NCBI RefSeq assembly: GCF_964213995.1
Contig: NW_027590117.1
Location: forward strand, 4,898,001-4,962,000
Length of the DNA: 64,000 nucleotides
Direction: 5' to 3'
From: Mustelus asterias
Taxonomy: Eukaryota
Notes under the pieces: model-generated
Databases searched by the model: none
The model's input: the letters and a program-made list of their open reading frames with translations, nothing else
What the model was told of the DNA's origin: nothing
In this document: positions 61,166 to 64,000 of the stretch, piece by piece
How the letters are laid out: each line of letters opens with the position of its first letter
How positions within the stretch are numbered: position 1 is the first letter of the stretch
Position numbers and translations under genes: made by a program

Positions 61166-63494
61166 TTATCTGCATGGGTTTTCTCCAAGTGCACTGGTTT
61201 CCTCCCACAATTCAAAGTTGTGCAGGTTATTCGGCTTGGCCATGTTAATTGCCCCTTGGTATCCCAAGATGTGTCGTTAGAGTATGTAGCCATGGTAAAT
61301 TTGTGGGGTTATGGGGATAGGGCCTGGGTAAAATGCTGAGTCAGTGTAGACTTGATGGGTCAAATGACATCCTTCTGCACTGGAGGGATTCTATTCTAAA
61401 TCAGTGAGGCTGAGTTTGGGACTGAAATGGCATCTCTCTATTTCATGTACAGAATGCGATTAATTATGTGCCTGTAAGTATTGGGTACAGTATGTGAAAC
61501 AAAATGTGTATTTGTCTGTTGATTGCCAGCTTGCATGTGTGAGATTGGCTGAACATAATTTTGAGACTCATGCACTATATCAGTCTCCACTGTGTGTTAA
61601 TATGGGGTAAATTCTGCTCACACCTGTGTCTTGAAGTGAATGTGAGTTTGATTTCGGTTCAGCAGGCATGTGTCATTGAGTAACTGTATAAGTGTCTGAA
61701 TCATACTGTATGCATCGGTCTCTGGTACATCTGAGTGTGCTTTTCTGTCTGTCTGTGGTGCTGTGTGTGAATGCAGGGTTCATTCCATGGATGCTACTTG
61801 TGATACTGTGTGAGAGTGGACATCATTTTGCTTCACTGTTTCTCAAAACAAATGTAGGTATCATTCTGTAGTTGTCATTCTCTAGTATGTTTTGGAATTC
61901 CTTGTTCTTCCATCTGTCTCGAGAGAGTTTGAGAAAGTAGGATTAATTTTACATCTGTGATTCTCTGGTTATCCATGTGGGTGTAGGAATCAATCTTTAT
62001 CCATTTATCTCTTGCGTTGAAGTGTGGGATACTTCTGTACTTTAACTTTACATGTATCTCAGAGATTGTGATAAACACTACATGCTAAATACATAATGTA
62101 TTGATATTTGTTCATCTTTCAATTTATTTTTTCATGTAGATTTCCAGTACATTTGACTGTCCCTGTTTATATTCAGCAGCTGTGTGTGAGTATTCAATTT
62201 GTAATTCTGTGAATGGCAACAGTTGGATACATAACCTGGTAAGTAATTCCTGCAGTTTGTAGCAAAGGAATTGCTGTTACCTCTTTCTGTCTTACTCAGA
62301 TTGAGCATTTTTGGATTCATTTACATATTTATCCCTGTATATGGTATCAGGAAATTAATTGTAATTTATTCAGTATTGTACAATTATCTTTTGTCTGTCT
62401 GAGCGAAGAATTGTTACTTAATGTGTGATCAAGGTGACACCGTGTTTTATATCTGTGAGTGAATGAATTTGTTTTATTCCTGTGATATATACCTGTCAAG
62501 ACAAAAGATAGGAAAATGTAGATGTACAAAAGGACTCTAGATGTTAACATGCAGGTCCAGTTGGCAATTATGAAGGCAAATGATATGTTGGACATTATTG
62601 TAAAAGGTTCTGAGTGCAGCAGAAGTGAAGTCTTACTTTAATTGTCTGGCAGCTTAGTTAGACTGCACCTGGAGAACTGTGTGCAGTTTTGGTCCCCTTA
62701 CCTTAGGAAGGATAATAATTTTGTTATAGAAAGAGTAACAAAGGTTCACCAAACTTGTTCCAAAGATCAGAGAGGCGTCTGAGTCTGTACAAACTTGGTG
62801 GGCTAAAGGGTCAGTTTCTGTTCTGTGTTGTTCTTTGCATCCCTATAGTAGAGAAGGAGGATATTTATCCCATCTCGTCTGCACTGACTCAGCATCTTAC
62901 ATTTGCCCACACAACCCCCTCCCACACTATCCAAATAACCCACAAACCATTGAATCTACACAAGCTGGAACACAAAGGAACATGCAACCTGTGACCATCA
63001 CCCTCTGCTTTATGTCACTACGAAAGTTGTTGATGCAATTTTCCAAATCATACTGGATCCCATGTGCTGATATCTTCTTGACCAGTCTCCCATTGTCAAA
63101 TACCTTACTGAAGTCCATGTGGATGACATCAACTCACTGCCCTGATCTACAAGGATCGACACCTCCCCAAAACATTCAATCTAATTTGTTAGACATGATC
63201 TTTCCCTAACAAAGCAATGCTGACTATCCTTGATTAATCCTTGCCTCTGAAAATGGAGATTAATTTTAACCCTCACAATTTGTCTCAATAGTTCCCCTTA
63301 CACTGATTACAGATTTTAAACAACTGGATTGTGTCCTTGTCACCTCAAGGGCATCTCCACTCTCCAACACTACAATGTCTTCCCTAGTCAGTATTGTCAT
63401 CCCACCTCTCTTTTTCTCTTATCTATCTCTTTCTGAACACAATTCCTGAATATTCAGCACCCAGTCCTCACTCTTTTTAAGGCACATTTCTGTC

Positions 63495-64000
63495 AAAGAA
63501 CAAAGAACAGTACAGCACAAGAAACAGGCCATTCGGCCCTCCAAGCCTGTGCCGCTCATTGGGCCAGCTAGACCATTCATTTGTATCCCTCCAATCCCAG
63601 ACTGCTCATGTGACTATCCAGGCAAGTCTTAAACGATGCCAGCATGTCTGCCTCCACCACCCTACTTGGCAGCGCATTCCAGGCCCCCACCACTCTGTGT
63701 AAAAAACGTCCCTCTGATATCTGAGTTATACCTCGCCCCTCTCACCTTGAGCCCATGACCCCTCGTGATCGTCACCCCCAACCTGGGAAAAAGCTTCCCA
63801 CTGTTCACCCTATCTATACCCTTCATAATTTTGTACACCTCTATTAGGTCTCCCCTCATTCTCCGTCTTTCCAGGGAGAACAAGCCCAGTCTACCCAATC
63901 TCTCCTCATAGCTGAGACCCTCCATACCAGGCAACATCCTGGGAAACCTTCTCTGCACTCTCTCTGAAGCCTCCACGTCCTTCTGATAGTGCGGCGACCA
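63495..64000 (-). mobile_element. CR1 LINE 3' end (continues beyond window)
   Basis: ORF 63662-63976 with RT C-terminal motifs; (TTCTTTG) tail at ~63497. Confidence 0.85.

Overview
Vertebrate genomic DNA, most likely a shark or other elasmobranch (inferred from HE1-type V-SINEs and from CR1, Rex1 and Penelope LINEs). The window holds a replication-dependent histone cluster mixed with tRNA genes. There are eight intronless histone CDSs with 3' stem-loops: H2B+ and H2A+ at 6.6-8.7 kb; H1+, H4+, H3+ and H2A- at 40.7-45.5 kb; H2A- and H2B- at 56-57.9 kb. There is one near-intact tRNA-Leu(TAA) and three tRNA pseudogenes. The two ends form the arms of a large inverted duplication (H2B-H2A-spacer-tRNA-Leu). 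Much of the rest is nested retroelements. Main observations: (1) a ~310-bp polyA-tailed, TSD-flanked, structured retroposon with a U2 snRNA head and a second internal U2 stem-loop copy, a candidate new U2-derived SINE; (2) an H2B gene whose TATA box was split by a Penelope + SINE + templated-duplication insertion; (3) a tandem variant H2A (L33H)/H2B (MVDEKK) pair on both arms; (4) palindromic Penelope insertions carrying hammerhead ribozymes; (5) a tRNA-Leu pseudogene with a TCA (UGA-reading) anticodon. All family assignments come from recognising motifs by eye; no database search was run.
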